A stretch of 64,000 nucleotides of DNA from Eledone cirrhosa (Eukaryota), in assembly GCA_964016885.1 (NCBI GenBank), contig OZ024740.1, positions 219,542,001 through 219,606,000 on the forward strand, given 5' to 3'. Below the pieces are notes generated by a model. It worked only from the letters and a program-made list of their open reading frames with translations. It had not been told where the DNA came from and made no database searches. Positions within the stretch are counted from its first letter, which is position 1; the number at the start of each line of letters is the position of its first letter. This document shows positions 26,965 to 38,705 of this stretch, one piece after another. The position numbers and the translations under genes are program-made.

Positions 26965-28692
26965 TCATCATTATCACCGTTTTGCATCCATTCTTCCATG
27001 CTAACATGGATTTGACGGGTTGTCCTGTTGTGGGCAATGCTAGGTCAGGTGACTATGTCTTGCACATACAGAACTGATTTCAGCTTGATTTCTACAGCTG
27101 GATGCTCTTCCTAACACCAACCTCATTTACAGTGAGTACTTGGTGCTTTTTACCGTGACACCTACATGACCATTTTACAGTGTGGACTGGGTGCTGTTTT
27201 GTTGTGACACCTACATGACCACTTTACAGTGGGAGGGGGTGGCGGCATACTCTCTATATGCTTCAGCTTCAGCTTGTACCCGTGGGAAGTCGAGTCTTCT
27301 GTATTACTGCATAACACCAGAGGTCTCGGTCCTGTGTCATCACTTTTGAGAGGTGCAATTAGGCAAGATCAGATTTTATCAACTCATCCCGGGTCTTCTT
27401 AGGTCTCCCCACTCCTAGGCTTCCATTGACTTTTAGTACTCTGCACCTTTTTATGCAGCTATCATCCTCCATCCGCATCACATGCCCATACCAACATAAT
27501 CTCTTCTCCTGCACACAGCATTTGATTCCTCTCTCTCAATTCGTTGTGCTTTGCCGTTCGCATATACTACTATTACACATCCATTGAAGCATGCAAGCTT
27601 CATTTCTTTCTAATCTACGCAAGTCTTCTGCACACAATGCCAAGGTCTCACTACCATGCAACATTGCTGTTTGTATGCATGCATCATACAGTCTGCCTTT
27701 CATTTTGAGGGAAAAGCCTTTTGCAGCTAGCAGTGGTAGCAGCTCTCTGAACTTCTTCGATCCCGTTCTTACCCTGGTTACTGTACTTTCAGAACACCTG
27801 GCTCTGCTACTAATTCAGTCACCTAGGTAGTAGAAGCTGTCTACTGTTTCTACAGAACCCTCCCAGAATTTGTTAGTGCTTGTTTCCTCTGGCCATTTAC
27901 TGCTTACTGTCCCAGTGTAACTGCTACATGTAAAGCCTACATTCTTAACTAAACTTCCTGAGATCCCACTACATCTCTTGTGTACCCATAGTTTGCATTT
28001 GGGGCAGAGGATGGAATTTCTACCTACACCTTTCCTACATACTGAGCAAGGCCATTTCCCTGAGAGGATCTGGGTTCTGTTTTCTCGTCTACTTACAAGG
28101 GACCTTAGTCTTTGTCAGGTTGACTTTGTGACCCCTTCTTTCTAGTCCCTGCTTCCATGTTTGGAATTTCTTCTCTAGTTCCACCATAGATTCAGCTATA
28201 AATGTAAGATCATCCATGTACAGAAGTTCCTATTGGCATCTGGTCTTAAACTCCTCTGTTATAGCCTGCAATACGATAATAAACAGGAGAGGGCTAAGTA
28301 CAGAGCCCTGGTGGACAGCAACCTGTATGCTAAATTCCTTGCTATAGCCATTGTTAACCCTAACTTTTCTGACTGCTCCTCTATATATGACTTGTACAGC
28401 CTTCATAAGCCATTTATCTACTCCTAGTTTTCTAAGAACCCACCAGATTATAGCACGGAGCATGCTGTCAAAGGCTTTTTCCAGATCGACAAATGCCAGG
28501 TAGAGCGGCTTACTTTTAGCTAGGTACTTTTCCTGTAACTGCCGTACCAGGGAGAGAGCACCAGTGGTGCTTTTGCCAGGCACAAACCCAAACTGTATCT
28601 CATTTAGATTTACCTGGTCCCTAATCAGCTATGCTATAACTCTTTCTGTTACTTTCATGACCTGGTCCATCAGCTTTATACCTCTATATTTT
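26965..28692 (-). mobile_element. RTE-clade LINE, 5'-truncated (RT domain to 3' tail)
   Basis: RT motifs LYLAFVDLEKAFD, HQGSVLSPLLF and YLGD, a Cys-rich insert, WYGHVMRM, and a (GAT)n-type tail; it has stops and frameshifts. Confidence 0.95.
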
Positions 28693-28789
28693 GTTATTGA
28701 TGGCATGGGTCCATCTCCTCTCCAGGTCTAAACACAGTTGATTTCTTCCAGTGAAGGGTAGAGAGTGAAGGAAAGGAATTGAAAAGAAT

Positions 28790-28930
28790 TTACCCCAGTA
28801 CTAGAGTGGAATTTTTTATCAACCTCAAAAGGATGAACGACAAAGTTAACCTCGGTGGGATTTGAACTCAGAGTACAAAGAGCTGGAACGGATACCTCAA
28901 AGCATTCTCTCTGATGTTCTAATGACTCTA
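28790..28930 (-). mobile_element. Meta-core SINE
   Basis: Reverse-complement core and B-box. Confidence 0.7.
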
Positions 28931-28973
<43 letters not shown>

Positions 28974-29172
28974 AAAAGTGATTCATTTTCAAATAGGAAA
29001 ACAGATAATTGTAGGTGAAGAAGTTATAAAGCTAAAAAATATGAGATTTATTACAATAACGCTACATACAATTTTATAGAAAGGTATGAAATCCTAATAT
29101 AAACGATTATGAATTCACATAGAGTAAGAAATACTTTGAAAAAAATTAAAACCAAACACTTTTAAACATATT

Positions 29173-29234
29173 TTAATTTACATATGTTTCATCATTGATA
29201 TTAAGAGCTCAATATAGGGATTCCTCAGAATTAA
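29173..29234 (-). ncRNA. Type I hammerhead ribozyme, intact core
   Basis: Minus strand reads ttaatt-CTGAGGA-atc..atattgag/cttaatat..gat-GAAA-C-ATAT-G-TA-aattaa, with a palindromic minimal stem III. Confidence 0.8.
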
Positions 29235-29618
29235 ATAAGATATAATTACCTTAACCACAGCAGTTCTTCCAAAATCATATCGTATCAGAACATTTTGTTA
29301 CTTTAAAAAAAAAATGCAGCATCATAATAGGAAGTAGTGCTTATCACAAGAATCACAACTATAATTATTCACATGGGCCTTCAAACGAATATGAATATTA
29401 TAATCATAGTTATAAGCAATATATCTTTTTTGCACAATAAATTCACTACAAATCTTAAAGTTTTCAAGAAAGCGACTAAGTTTCACATACTAAATTATAC
29501 ACGCACCATCACACATATAAGCTAATATAAATGGTACCATACATATGTATACATTTCGAGTTAAAAATTCTACTATTTATTTGTTTGGTTTTAATTTTCA
29601 ATACATACATATATATAT

Positions 29619-29805
29619 AACAAAGGAATTGTGGTAAGGAACCAGATGGACCATAACGCACCAGAGTACTCAATATTTAGGGTAGTAGAGTGGGAAAAAG
29701 GAAAATGTATGACCCCGACGGCAGAGCTCAAGCCGTTTCGATGGCTATTTCTGGAAATAGCCGTCGAAACAGCTTGAGCTCTGCCGTCGGGGTCATACTT
29801 TTTCC
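29619..29805 (-). mobile_element. Penelope-like 3' end folded back into a palindrome (29700-29805), in (TA)n
   Basis: Each ~50-bp arm holds GAAAC-GGC..GCC-GTC-ggggtc, and only one arm carries an ~80-nt tail. Relatives lie at 36668-36867 and 56984-57050. Confidence 0.7.
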
Positions 29806-29964
29806 TATATATATATATATGATATATATGCATATGATATAATATATATATGCATATGATATGATATATATGCATATGATATATATATATATATCATATG
29901 ATATGATATATATGAATATGATATATATGATATGATATATATGTATATGATATGATATATATAT

Positions 29965-31150
29965 GGCCTAGAATCAAAAGGCCTTAAAATTAACCTGTCT
30001 AAGACTAAAGTTCTAGTTTAGGAAGGAAAATAGGGCACCGGTCCCATCCGGGAAATGGCCATGCTCAGTGTGTAGGAAAGGAGTAGGTAGAAACTCCATT
30101 TTATGTCCCAAATGCAAAGTATGGGTGCATAAAAGATGTAGTGGGATCACAGGTAAGCTAACTAAGAATATAGATTTTATATGTGGCCGGTGCTCTGGTG
30201 CAATAAGTAGCAGCAAGTGCCCACGGAATACTAGGTCGTTCCATTGCACAGATGGTTCTATAGAAATAGTGAACACCTTCCGTTACTTGGGTGACAAAAT
30301 CAGCAGTGGTGGAGGGTGCTCTGAAAGTACAGTGGCTAGAGTCAGAACTGGATGGAATAAGTTCAGAGAGGTTATACCACTATTAGCTGCTAAAGGGTTC
30401 TCTCTAAAAATGAAAGGCAGGCTGTATGATGCCTGCATACGAACAGCAATGTTACATGGCAGTGAGACCTGGGCATTGTGTGCAGAGGATATACACAGAC
30501 TGGAGAGGAACGAAGCTTGCAAAATTAGAAATAAGAGGGATCAGATGTTGTTTACTCGAGAGAAGACTACGTTGGTATGGTCACGTGATACGCATGAAAG
30601 ACGATATCTGTATAAAAAAGTGCAGGGCAATAAAAATAGATGGTAGCCACAGAGTAGGCAGACCCAGAAAAACCTGGGATGACTTGATAAATTCCGACAT
30701 CACACACTTACACCTCTCCAAGACAATGTCACTGGACCGAGATCTTTGGCGCTACACAGTAATACAGAAAACCCGCCTTACCTAAGTACAAAGTGAAACC
30801 TACTACAGTCAGTAGGCATCTCTAACAAAAATACACCCCCATCCACACCACCCCTCTCAATGTAAAGTTATGTTGGTACCACAACATCCAGTCCGAAACA
30901 AATGAGGTCATGTAGGTGTCACGACAAAAAAACACACAGTCCACGCTGTAATGTGGCCGTGTAGGCAACACGGTAAAAACCTCCCAGTCCCACACTGTAA
31001 ACGTGGTTGGTGTTTGGAAGGGCATCCAACTGTAGAAAACCCGCCAGACAGTCCTATGCGAGCAAGACAACCACTCTTGCCTCAAGTGGGAAAACTCCCG
31101 TCCAAACCCATACAAGCATGGAAGATGGACGTTATACGATGATGATGATG
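29965..31150 (+). mobile_element. RTE-clade LINE 3' part
   Basis: GLKINLSKTK, a Cys-rich insert, FRYLGD, MLHGSETW, RLRWYGHV, GRPRKTW, then 3' UTR and (GAT)n tail. Confidence 0.95.
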
Positions 31151-31164
31151 TATATGATATGATA

Positions 31165-31505
31165 TCATCATCATCATCATCATTTTACGTCCGCTTTTCC
31201 CTGCTTTCAAGGGTGGGACGGGAACTGATTCTGGCTTGATTTTTACAGCTGGATGCCCTTCCTAACACCAACCTCATTTACAGTGAGTGCTGGGTGCTTT
31301 TTTGCCGTGGCACCTTAACGACCACTTTGCAGTGGAATGATATGGACCCCAGTCCCTATCATCTCATTTCTACAGCTGAGTAAACTGGAGCAATGTGAAA
31401 TAAAGTGTCTTGCTCTAGGAAACAACACATCCCTCGGTCTGAGAATTGAACTCACAACCTTTCGATTGCAAGGCCAATGCTCTAACCACTAAGCCAAGTG
31501 CCTCC
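31165..31505 (-). mobile_element. tRNA-head SINE with V-like core and RTE-derived tail
   Basis: Reverse complement of 38361-38700. Confidence 0.9.
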
Positions 31506-32167
31506 ATATATATACAATTAGCCATGTGAGAAACAGCCCTCTTCTAGATGGGGGCCAACAACCATCATATTATATATGTATATAATATGATATATATGTG
31601 CATTTATTCATCATCATCAATATTTTCTTGTGTCTTTCCATATTTAAATGAGTAAAATGAATTTTCTCTAGTGTAGCATCTACCTACTTGTTGTTCCTTG
31701 TCATCTTCACTTTACTGCACTAGCTTTGTTTTCTTTCTTGCACACCACATCCCTCTTATACCCAGTTTTTCTCTCACATCATTTATGCTCTGCACACTAA
31801 CATAACACAACTAGTGAAGCATGCTTTCCTCATTTCTTTCCAGCTTTCACACATCGTCTGCATTCAATATAATATATAAGGTTATTTGCATTTGCGCTTA
31901 CATATTTTTCCCTTATCTGTCTTTATTTCTCTACATTTAGTTAAGTATTTCTCATCACTTCCATAGCTATTGCATATTAATATCATCATAATCATCACCA
32001 ACATCATCATCACCATTCTAGTCATCATCATTATCATAATATCTACTTTTTCAAACTAGCATGGCTTGGATGAGATATTTTAAGCAGTTTTTCTGTGGTT
32101 GAATCTGTTTATAAGGTATCTATTGGCATCTATTTATAAGACACATATTGAATTAAAACATGTTTAA

Positions 32168-32388
32168 CCCTTTAGCATTCACATTACTCTATATATACTA
32201 TTGTATTTTTGCAGTAAACACTTTATCTTACATAATTATCTCACATAATACCGAATCTATGAGATTTTGATATTATTTATTTTGAGAACAATACCTTAAC
32301 ATCAGTATAAGCGGCCAGTTTCAACTGGTTTGAACAGAAAGAGGTGAGACATTTCTGGCCGGATACGGCCGGTTTGAGTGCTAAAGGG
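32168..32388 (+). mobile_element. piggyBac-like MITE (family A)
   Basis: TTAA TSDs and CCCTTTAGCA TIRs. Confidence 0.9.
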
Positions 32389-32564
32389 TTAAAGGTATTT
32401 GAATATTGCATAACATAATTTTAAAATTTTGTTTAGAATATCTATATATAGAAAATAATAAAGAAAATAACAGAGAAATGTATTCTCTGAAAATTATAAA
32501 ACTTTCAGAACTTCAGTATATGCAATGTTTTTAACTTTTTTCTTTGGAGCATATATGAAGAGCT

Positions 32565-34086
32565 TGTGGAGGCTTCCTACTCTGGAACAACCTATATACA
32601 ATTAACCATGTGAGAAACAGCCCTCTTCTAGATGGGGGCCAACAACCTGCAGTGTTTTACCTGGGGACATTGCATAACTGACTCTGACTAAAAATTGCAA
32701 TCATTTGAAACAAAAAGGGACATCTGTTGGTATTAGTAGTATTCTAGGCATAAAGACGATGTCTCCTTTATCACACTCAGTAAGGATTTGGGCTTTGATA
32801 ATGTGAGGCTGTAGTTCAGTCCCAACCATATGCTTCCCATTGCACAATCTTGGCTGAGAAGCATGATGACTGTGTCATCCTTCAATTCAAAGCTGTAGTG
32901 GCAGCATACCAGATGCTTCCAGACTGTTGAGAAATTCGACGGGATAATGAACAGTTTCATCCTCGTCGACAACTTTGTCGACAGATTTATAGGTTTGGCT
33001 ACTCCAGGGATCATTTGTCAGAGATTTTTGTTGATGGCATTCAATGTGATTGCTCTTTCCCACAGCCACACCTTGTTGGAATGGTGGATTTGTAAATTGG
33101 GCAACACTTGATTAATTAAGTTTACAACACTTTCCTTCAGTATCAAGGGGTTGTTTTTCTATAAATTTAAATCGCTGAGAGGTACTTCTTTGTAACTCTG
33201 AGGGTTCCCCTTCTCTCTCATCTCTGTCATTCCCACTGAAGAAATCTCTGAAGCTAGTAAAATCCAATCATTACCTCCTCCCAATTCCATTTTCAGAAAA
33301 GAAGGTGATTGCGAGCATGTCAGATTTCAAATTAGTTGATAAAACCTAGAAAAGAAAAAAATTCCCACAAAAAAAATCTCCGAGGCTGGGAAAATCCGAG
33401 CGTCAACGCCTCATCCCCCACCCTCAACTGCTGATATATCAGCCGTGTTGTAAGTTGGACACTTCGTCAGATATATTTCATTTTTGTAGTTCAAACATGG
33501 CAGCATCGGAACCATTGTTGACGTAGTTGCACACATACTTTATAGATTCCACTCTTATCTCCATTCCGTTTTCAGAAAAAAAGTGATAATGAGCATGTTG
33601 GAGGTCAGATTAGTTGAAGACATACGAAAACACCTATGAAAAAAATGTTCTTCGCGAACCCTAACGGATGATTTTCCATGAATTTAAATGACAGAGATGT
33701 GCTTATCTGTGATTCTAAGGATGCCCCTTCCTTCCTGACTCTGTTTTCAGAAAAAGAAGTCATTGGCAAGTGAGTCAGATCGGTCAACAATAAATGAAAA
33801 CACCTAGAAAGGTTTTAGTTAGTTAGAGAGAGGGGGAGGTAGAGTGAGTGAGAGGTGGAGTAGTATTTCCCTCTCTATATATAGATAGCATGACAGATGA
33901 ACTGACAGTACCTGTATGCTAGAAAGAGCAATATATTCTCCCCCAACTAGCCAACTCCCAACCCCCCATTCAGTTTTCAGAAAATAATTCGATAGAAAAC
34001 ACGAAAAACCTTAATTATTACCAATTTCATTTAGTGTCATTAGTGGTCAATGTACAAACAAACTTCCTTTTTATAAGTATTATAGA
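32565..34086 (-). mobile_element. Decayed Helitron with PIF1-like helicase remnant (~32570-33070)
   Basis: Minus-strand motifs YKSVD..YPVEFLNSLEASGM, ELK..VIMLL and GCFSHG*LYIGCSRVG. The Helitron-type 5' end a|TCTATAATACTTATAAAAAGGAAGTTTGTTTG is at 34086; the 3' end was not located. Confidence 0.8.
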
Positions 34087-34258
34087 TATATATGTTCACT
34101 AATATTTTACTTAATTAAGATAAGACTTATAATGCTGGTAGAATTAAATGTAGTGTGGATATGAATATTTCATCGAAACAAGGTGAAATCTATTTTTGTG
34201 GAAGAATGGAATCTTATATTTTGTTGAGTATTCAAAGAACTACAGAGTCAGATATGAA

Positions 34259-34436
34259 GATTTAACAATGAAAACAAAAAGACAAGGTTCAATGCTTAAA
34301 TAATCCATTGATTTATAATCTTTTCAAAGGGTTAAATGAACCATGAAATTAATGACATTACGGTTCATTTCACCCTTTGAAACGGTTGTAAAACAATTGA
34401 ATAATTAAGTACTGAACATCATCTTTTTGTTTTCAA
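34259..34436. repeat. Degenerate inverted repeat with ~80-bp arms
   Basis: tgaaaacaaaaaga..ttcaaagggttaaatgaacc pairs with ggttcatttcaccctttgaa..tctttttgttttca. Confidence 0.75.
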
Positions 34437-34444
34437 TACATATA

Positions 34445-34547
34445 CAGGGTGTCCCCCCAAAATGTATACATACTTTAATTACCTGTACAGGCAATATTTA
34501 TTAGAATGCTGTTGAAGTGTGTATATATATTCTTTTGGGACACCCTG
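34445..34547. mobile_element. Tc1/mariner-type mini-MITE
   Basis: TIR CAGGGTGTCCC/GGGACACCCTG in a TA context. Confidence 0.75.
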
Positions 34548-34790
34548 TGTATATATATATATTTCATTTTATTGAGGCTAAATAGTGAGTCTTGTTAGTC
34601 TGGAGTTTTACCTGTTTATCACAGGGTCATCAGACAAGAACTAACATTTCAATAGCAGACACTGTATAAATGAAGGAAGACTCGGGGTGGGGGAGTGGGG
34701 GATTTAATTGAAGAGGGGTAATTAAGGTAGGGTAGATAGGGTGGTGGTGGCAGTGAGAGGGAGGATAGAGCTGTGTGAAAAAGAGATAAT

Positions 34791-34966
34791 TCTTTCTACT
34801 TTTGGCACAAGGCCAGCAAATTACTCAGTACATTACTGGTACTTTATTTTATCGACCCCGTAAGGATGAAAGGCAAAGTTAACCTCGGCGTGATTTGAAC
34901 TCAGATCATAAAGGGACGTAACTCTATGCTTTAAAGCATGGTGTCCGACTCTCTACCGATACTGCC
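34791..34966 (-). mobile_element. Meta-core SINE
   Basis: TSD agagataat at 34782-34790 and 34967-34975. Confidence 0.9.
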
Positions 34967-34979
34967 AGAGATAATAATG

Positions 34980-35520
34980 GGTTATACTGAACGTAGCCAT
35001 AAAATAACAACTACACTAACTTATCGTTGTCTTATCAAGTGCATCTGCGCATTGATGTTCTCTCTCTTTTGCTACTGTCTCCATCTTTCTTGCTCTTTGC
35101 ATCTCTAACTATTATAAACAAATGGGAGCCCACACGCTAGCCACCTCATGGTCCTGGCGGACAGAATAAAGAGGGCATTTCTCGGGAGGATGCTGAGAGA
35201 AATGGACTGGAAGAGCCATTCCAGGTCATGAGGCTCACACCTGCGGGTAGCCAACTCTGGGCTGGTGGTGAGTAGGGAGGTGGTCCTAGGTCCAAGGACA
35301 CCAGATGTTTCCACTGCTGCAGGCTCAACCGCAAACCTGTTGGAGTGTGACCGATATTTGGAGAGTTTACCCTCCACAGGCTGAAGTGCAACAGAGCCTG
35401 GATTAGTTGCAGATTGCACCAGGTTGCCGCTGGAGAAAGTGTCCCTGTCTATGGCATCCCAGATGAGGGGTTTACCACCATGGAATGGCCAGATGGTCAT
35501 GCCATCTGGCCATAAAATCC
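34980..35520 (-). mobile_element. CRE-like non-LTR retrotransposon 3' fragment (restriction-like endonuclease)
   Basis: PDGMTIWPFHGGKPLIWD..DT..KLSKY..PAAVETSGVLG..WLFQSIS..NA matches the CRE/RLE-type PD-D domain. Confidence 0.8.
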
Positions 35521-35821
35521 TGACTGGTCAGTGGGAGGCAGGTGATGAATGTGAAGGTGTGTGTATAGGAGGGTTGGTGAGATTGGCAGAATGAGGTGGT
35601 GGATAGAATATACATATGTATACAATTGCACATGTACGCACAAATACATACATATAAACATGTATGTATATACATAATACATACTAAGTACACATATGTA
35701 GGTGCTTACATATATGTAAATAAATATATATATACACACAAACATACATATAAAAGACATACAAGAAAATATATTAAAAATGTACTAAAAATATTTTAAA
35801 AAATTGTAATATATATATATA

Positions 35822-36503
35822 TTGTTTACAGTAACCACACAACCCGTTACGTTTCTTGTAATTTTGTATTTACCGCTGTGACCCCCCCCCCTCTACCTGT
35901 TTTGCTCGATTTGTGGTCCCACCGCGCTTCCATGTTGACTCTCTCCTTCTCTCTCTCTCGTTCTCCCCCACCTCTCTCTCTCTATCCATCGGCTCGTTTT
36001 CGACCGTGTTTCACACGTCGTAAAATGCTTTTGGATTATCTCCCTTTCCCTTCTCCCTCTCACTTCCGTTTTCTCCGTCTCTCTCTCTCTCTCTACACTC
36101 ACTCTGCTGCGATCGCATGGAAAAACATAGCTCCTCAGTTATTTGACCACAAGACTTAAGTCTAATCGGTTCATTGTAACTTATTTTATTTTCTCCTCGG
36201 TTACTCACTTGCATGTGCCATTGTCCTGTGTCCCCCTCCATTCAGTTTGTTTACTTCGTTTTTTCCTCTTTCTTCCTCTCTCTTCACTATTTTTTCTTTT
36301 CTTTACCTCATGGCCTTTTGGTTGATGAAAGGCCTTGGGTGCGCTGCTGATCGGTTTCGATGTCCTGTTTTAAGCGCCGAAACAGCTATGATCACAGTTA
36401 ACAGCTGATGAAGGGTTTCTTCTCTTGTTTACGTCCATATTACTATCTTACACTTTGTTTACAGTAACCACACAGTCTGCTACGTTTCTTGTAATTTTGT
36501 ATA
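35822..36503 (+). mobile_element. Penelope-like cassette with 48-bp terminal direct repeats and a decayed hammerhead (~36319-36395)
   Basis: ttgtttacagtaaccacaca..gtttcttgtaattttgtat occurs at both ends; the interior has (c)TGATGA-aaggc..gcc-GAAAC-AGCT. Confidence 0.55.
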
Positions 36504-36655
36504 TCATCATCATCATCATCGTTTAAAGTCCATGTTCCACGCTTGCATGGGTTTGGACGGGAGTTTTCCCACTTGAGGCAAGAGTGGTTGTCTTGCTCGC
36601 ATAGGACTGTCTGGCGGGTTTTCTACAGTTGGATGCCCTTCCTAACACCAACCAC
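36503..36655 (-). mobile_element. RTE 3' tail fragment
   Basis: Reverse complement of 31005-31150. Confidence 0.9.
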
Positions 36656-36667
36656 ATATATATATAT

Positions 36668-36867
36668 AACAAAGAGGATGTGGTAAGATACCAGGTGGAC
36701 CATAATGCACCAGAGTACTCAATGCTCAGGGTAGTAGAGTGGGTAATAGGAAAAGAGACAGGACCCCGACGGCTGAGGTCTGGCCGTTTTTACAGCTTGA
36801 TCTGAACTGTTCAGATCTAGCTGTCGAAACGACCGGACCTCAGCTGTCGGGGTCCAGACTCTTTTCC
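36668..36867 (-). mobile_element. Penelope-like 3' end palindrome (36749-36867), in (TA)n
   Basis: Homologous tail and the same half-hammerhead arms as 29619-29805. Confidence 0.7.
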
Positions 36868-37198
36868 TATATATATATATATATGGAGATATAAAAGATG
36901 CAGAAGTGAAAACCAACCAAACAGTGAGTGTGTTCTGTTCTTATTTCTGGCAATATTATTACAACAATATGACCCTCCCCAAGTATAACAAACTACAAAA
37001 ACAAAGACGGTTGAACTGCTTTACGTTGAGTACTCTCTATATTATTACATTACGATTGACCATACGGAACAGACCAGCTCTATACAGTGGTGAACCTCAA
37101 ACCTGAATAAATATATATATATGTATATATATACATATATATATATACATATATATACATATATATATATATGCATATATATATATATACATATATAC

Positions 37199-37251
<53 letters not shown>

Positions 37252-37331
37252 CATATATATATATACATATACATATATACATATATATATATACATAAAT
37301 ATATATACATATTTATGTATATATATATATT

Positions 37332-38357
37332 ATAGCTAGAGTCAGAACTGGATGGAAAAAGTTCAGAGAGCTTATACCACTATTAGCCACTAAAGGGTTC
37401 TCCCTAAAAATGAAAGGCAGGTTGTATGATGCCTGCATACGAACAGCAATGTTGCATGGCAGTGAGACCTGGGCATTGTGTGCAGAGGATATACGCAGAC
37501 TAGAGAGGAACGAAGCTTGCATGCTCCGCTGGATGTGTAATAGTAACATACGTGAACGGCAAAGCATAAGCGAACTAAGGAAAAAATTAGAAATAAGAGG
37601 GATCAGATGTTGTTTACTCGAGAGAAGGCTACGTTGGTATGGTCACGTGATGCGCATGAAAGACGACAACTGTATAACAAAGTGCAGGGCAATAAAGATA
37701 GACGGTAGCTACGGAGTAGGCAGACCCAGAAAAACCTGGGACGAGCTGATAAATTCCGACCTCACACACTTACACCTCTCCAAGACAATGTCACTGGACC
37801 GAGACCTTTGACGGTACTCAGTAATAGAGAAGACCCGCCTTACCTAAATACAAAGTAAAACCTACTACAGTCAGTAGGCATCTCTAACAAAATACACCCC
37901 CCGTCCCACCACCCCCACCCCATCCACACCGCCCCTTTCAATGTAAAGTTATGTTGGTGCCACAACATCCAGGCCGAAACAAATGAGATCGTGTAGGTGT
38001 CACGACAAAAAAACACACAGTCCACGCTGTAATGTGGCCGTGTAGGCAACACGGTAAAAACCTCCCAGCCCCACACTGTAAATGTGGTTGGTGTTAGGAA
38101 GGGCATCCAGCTGTAGAAAACCCGCCAGACAGTCCACGCTGTAATGTGGCTGTGTAGGCAACACGGTAAAAACCTCCCAGCCCCACACTGTAAATGTGGT
38201 TGGTGTTAGGAAGGGCATCCAGCTGTAGAAAACCCGCCAGACAGTCCTATGCGAGCAAGACAATCACTCTTGCCTCAAGTAGGAAAACCCCCGTCCAAAC
38301 CCATGCAAGCGTGGAACACGGACGTTAAACGTTGATGATGTTGATGATGATGATGAT
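37332..38357 (+). mobile_element. RTE-clade LINE 3' part with a 112-bp tandem duplication in the 3' UTR
   Basis: ORF MKGRLYDACIRTAMLHGSETW..GRPRKTW and a (GAT)n tail. Confidence 0.95.
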
Positions 38358-38360
38358 TAT

Positions 38361-38700
38361 GGAGGCACATGGCTTAGTGGTTAGAGCATTGGCCTTGCAA
38401 TCGAAAGGTTGTGAGTTCAATTCTCAGACAGGGTGATGTGTTGTTTCCTTGAGCAAGACACTTTATTGCACATTGCTCCAGTTTACTCAGCTGTAGAAAT
38501 GAGATGATAGGGACTGGGGTCCATATCATTCCACTGTAGAGTGGTCGTGGAGGTGCCACGGCAAAAAAGCATCCAGCACTCACTGTAAATGAGGTTGGTG
38601 TTAGGAAGGGCATCCAGCTGTAGAAATCAAGCCAGAATCAGTTCCCGTCCCACCCTTGCAAGCAGGGAAAAGCGGACGTAAAATGAAATGATGATGATGA
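38361..38700 (+). mobile_element. tRNA-head SINE with V-like core and RTE-derived tail
   Basis: TGGCTTAGTGG and GAGTTCAATTC boxes, TCCTTGAGCAAGACACTT core, and the tail GTTAGGAAGGGCATCCAGCTGTAGAAA..GGACGTAAAATGATGAT shared with the RTE. Confidence 0.9.
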
Positions 38701-38705
38701 TATAT

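Noticed and set aside
38361-38432. tRNA-like sequence
   Set aside because: It is a SINE head running straight into core and tail; the acceptor stem is not intact and it is multi-copy in the window.
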